Source of the DNA: Guillardia theta CCMP2712
Lineage: Eukaryota; Protista; Cryptophyta
Direction: 5' to 3'
Length of the DNA stretch: 64,000 bases
Assembly: GCF_000315625.1 (NCBI RefSeq)
Contig: NW_005434644.1
Span: forward strand, 440,973 to 504,972
Shown: in pieces, positions 61,313 through 64,000 of the stretch
How the letters are laid out: each line of letters starts with the position of its first letter
How positions within the stretch are numbered: the stretch's first letter is position 1
Notes under the pieces: model-generated
Databases searched by the model: none
What the model was told of the DNA's origin: nothing
Seen by the model: the letters and a program-made list of their open reading frames with translations, nothing else
Program-made: the position numbers and the translations under genes

Positions 61313-62615
61313 TCCACCTCCTTTTCACAGTACTCTGGTCCCACTGTCTGGCATTTCCATCTCCTGCTCCTCCTCCTGCAGCTCGAGTCCTCCGCTAACT
61401 TTGTTCGCAGAACAACTCTGTGTCTTTCAAGGTTCTTCCCCTGCCCCCTCGTCCCTCATCCTCACAGTTTTCAGGCCGAGACTAAAGATGAAGGGTTCGA
61501 ATGGATAGAAGCCATCGCTAAAGCACGCAACCCTACAGGTGGCCTCCTCCTCCTCCTCCTCCTCCTGCCTCCTCCCCATCTCCCCTTCGTTCCCCTTCCC
61601 TCCCATCTTCCTCCCTCCTCCCTCCTCCCTCCTCCCTCCTCCCTCCTCCCTTGTTTCTTCATCAACCTTTTGCTCATTTCTGCTTGCTCGTTGCCCTCCT
61701 TTCTCCTCCTCATCTCGCTTGCTCCCCTCCTCGTCTCGACCTTACTTGCACCCTCCAGGACCAGCTCCTTCCTCCTCCAAGGTATCCAGCAGGATTTTCA
61801 TCTCATCGCCACCTCTCACCCTCCTACCCCAGCAGGACACCACCAGCGCGGAGAACAAGCCAGCTGGGGTCGGCATCGTCTTCAAGGAGATCAGGAGGCA
61901 GGGACGCGGTTCCCACCTCCTCGTCAAGTCTCTTGCGCCTGGAGGAGCAGCAATCTCCTCCGGCATGATCGAGGTCCCTGCCGCTGCCGCTACCGCTGTT
62001 GCTGTAGTCCTGCTGCTGCTGTTGCTGAGTCGTGCTCCTGTTTCTCTTCTTCTTGTTGCCCTTCCTTCGTCTCTCCATCCTCCTTCTCCACCTCTTTGTC
62101 TTCCTCCTCGCTCTCGTCATCCTGCTAGTCTTGTCCCTGTCCCAGATGCTAATTCTCCTGCTCCCCCTCCACGCCCTCAGCCGCAGCTGCGTTGATTCCG
62201 ACCGCACAGGAGGGCGACGTCCTCCACACGGTCAACGGGGCTCGAGTGACTACAACCGAGGAAGCAACTCGTCTCATCCTTGGGTGTGTGCAGAATGCGC
62301 CATCCTGTCCTCTCCCTCCTCCACCTCACCACTCTCCTCCTCCTTCCTTTCCCTCCTCCACCACCTCGAGCTTGTCCCCTTCCACTGACTTCTTCACAGC
62401 CCGAAAGGATCGCCCATAGAGATGGTCTTCGAACGAAATGGTAGCTCTTCTCCTCCCTCCCTCCTCCCTCCTACTTCCCTCCCTCCTCGCTCTCGACGCT
62501 TGCCTGGTCGCCATCGCCGGCTCTTGCTCGCCTGTCCTGCCTCCTGACTCGTCCTTGTGCAGGAGAGAGGTACCAAGTGGACATGCGGCGAGGAATCACA
62601 GCTAAGACGCAATAG
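58715..62615 (+). CDS. Charged low-complexity linker, PH domain and C-terminal PDZ domain; probably continuous with the MDR gene
   Basis: PH: ILYEGILRKK...F/AETKDEGFEWIEAIAKA. PDZ: AGVGIVF..LLVKSLAPGGAAISSGMIE/EGDVLHTVNG..ATRLILG/PKGSPIEMVFER. Gap at 60296-60395. Confidence 0.75.
59262..59320. repeat. (GAT)n intronic microsatellite
   Basis: Directly visible. Confidence 0.95.
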
Positions 62616-62784
62616 AGGGAGGAGGAGAGGAGGAGAGTTGATTGTACTATACAAACACCAGAGGACATCAACAAAGGGCTGGTTGCGAGGAGGAGGAGTA
62701 ATGAGAAGCAGAGGAGGGGAGAGGGGGGAGGAAGGAGGCTGTGAAGGGAGATGCCGGAGATCATGAGAGAAGGAAGGACGCAGA

Positions 62785-64000
62785 TCAAGCGAGCAGGAGC
62801 ACGACGAGTGGCAGGAAGGAGAGCGCGAGAACGAGTGGGTCCGCCGCCCTCTCCTTGGCCCAGCACAGAGCGACAGCAGACAGCAACTGGAGGAGGAGGA
62901 GGCCAACCCTGACGCCCGTCATGTCATGCATGACTACAACCAGGACAACTGAGAGGAGTAGGAGGACAACGAGGATCGCATCTGTCCTCTCCCGCCTCCC
63001 CCCCCTCCTGAGCTTCCACATCCATGCCACCAGCCCGAGGGAGAGGAGGAGGAGACAGCGATCTCTTCGTGCAGGATCTCCTGACTGTTCTAGCTGCCTC
63101 CCTTCCCCTCGATGAATCTCCTCCCTCAACAGCCGTCGCTCCCACCACCTGCCCGAGCTGAGGAGCTCTGCAAGGGAGGAAGCTCTGTAGAGGTAGAAAG
63201 AGACCTTAACAGCGGAGGGAACCTGACCGTCCGCCATCCTCGTCCTTACCAGCCCCATCGCATCTCGATCTCCTTGCAGAACTTTGCGGATGAAGCGGCG
63301 GAGGAAGGGAGGAGTGACCGGTCCCGTGTGCTCCCCCATCGCAGTCACAGCGATCCATACCTGTAGGACTCATCGATCAACGTCCTCTCTTGCTCCTCTT
63401 CCTTATCCTCCACCTCCCCCATCCTTCTCCCCCCATCCCCTTTCTCCTCCTCTTCCTCCTCCTTCTCCTCCTCCTCCTCCTCCTCCTCCTCCTCCTCCTC
63501 CTCCTCCTCCTCCTCCTCCTCCTCCTTCCCGGGCTTCATTATCCGTTCCTTTGCTGCCACTGATGGGTTTGTACCGCAATTCAGAAACAAGAGGAGGACG
63601 AGGACGAGGACGAGGAGGGGATCTCGGAGCCGATAGACGTCGTTAANNNNNNNNNNNNNNNNNNNNNNNNNNNNNNNNNNNNNNNNNNNNNNNNNNNNNN
63701 NNNNNNNNNNNNNNNNNNNNNNNNNNNNNNNNNNNNNNNNNNNNNNCCTCCTCCTCCTCACCTCCCAGTCGAAACGGAAATGATAGGGAGTGACGAAGCA
63801 GGGGAGCTTGCGGAGGCCGTCGGGCTTGCACATGAACTCAATCTCCTCCCAACCCGAGCTGCTCCCGTCCTGCCCATCCCGCGCCAAGGATAGCACGACC
63901 TCCGTCCTCCTCTTGGTGATCGACCCGAAGACCCCGTAGGCGTTCACGAGGAAGAGACTATCGAATGTCTGCAGCCAAGGATGCGAGCCGAACAAGTTGC
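62785..64000 (-). CDS. Lipase maturation factor (LMF) family protein, 3' part
   Basis: LVNAYGVFGSITKRRTEVV, WEEIEFMCKP, TPYHFRFDW, FYLYR...WWER. Confidence 0.88.

Overview
Eukaryotic, GC-rich, gene-dense nuclear scaffold with many short, microsatellite-filled introns and five N-gaps. Bipartite signal/transit presequences, intron style and a Fanzor1 point to a cryptophyte such as Guillardia theta (inference). Recognisable intron-split genes are a PPR-like protein, eRF1, targeted TPI, bifunctional HisHF, YebC/TACO1, a HECT E3 ligase, a Cys-less NifU-like protein, a SET methyltransferase, an LRR protein, an Oma1/M48 peptidase, an MDR oxidoreductase apparently fused to PH+PDZ, and a lipase-maturation-factor protein. 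Three things stand out. (1) Three paralogous multi-pass membrane proteins couple a probable extracellular discoidin/lectin-like domain to cytosolic RelA/SpoT-like nucleotidyltransferase domains; two are double-module genes in a head-to-head inverted duplication. This is a candidate eukaryotic receptor-type alarmone/nucleotide signalling system. (2) An intact, intronless, AT-rich Fanzor1 RNA-guided nuclease has a structured downstream omegaRNA candidate and upstream tandem repeats. (3) A divergent pair of genes, missed by the ORF track, encodes an identical 56-aa Ala/Tyr-rich peptide. Exon boundaries were read by eye and are approximate.
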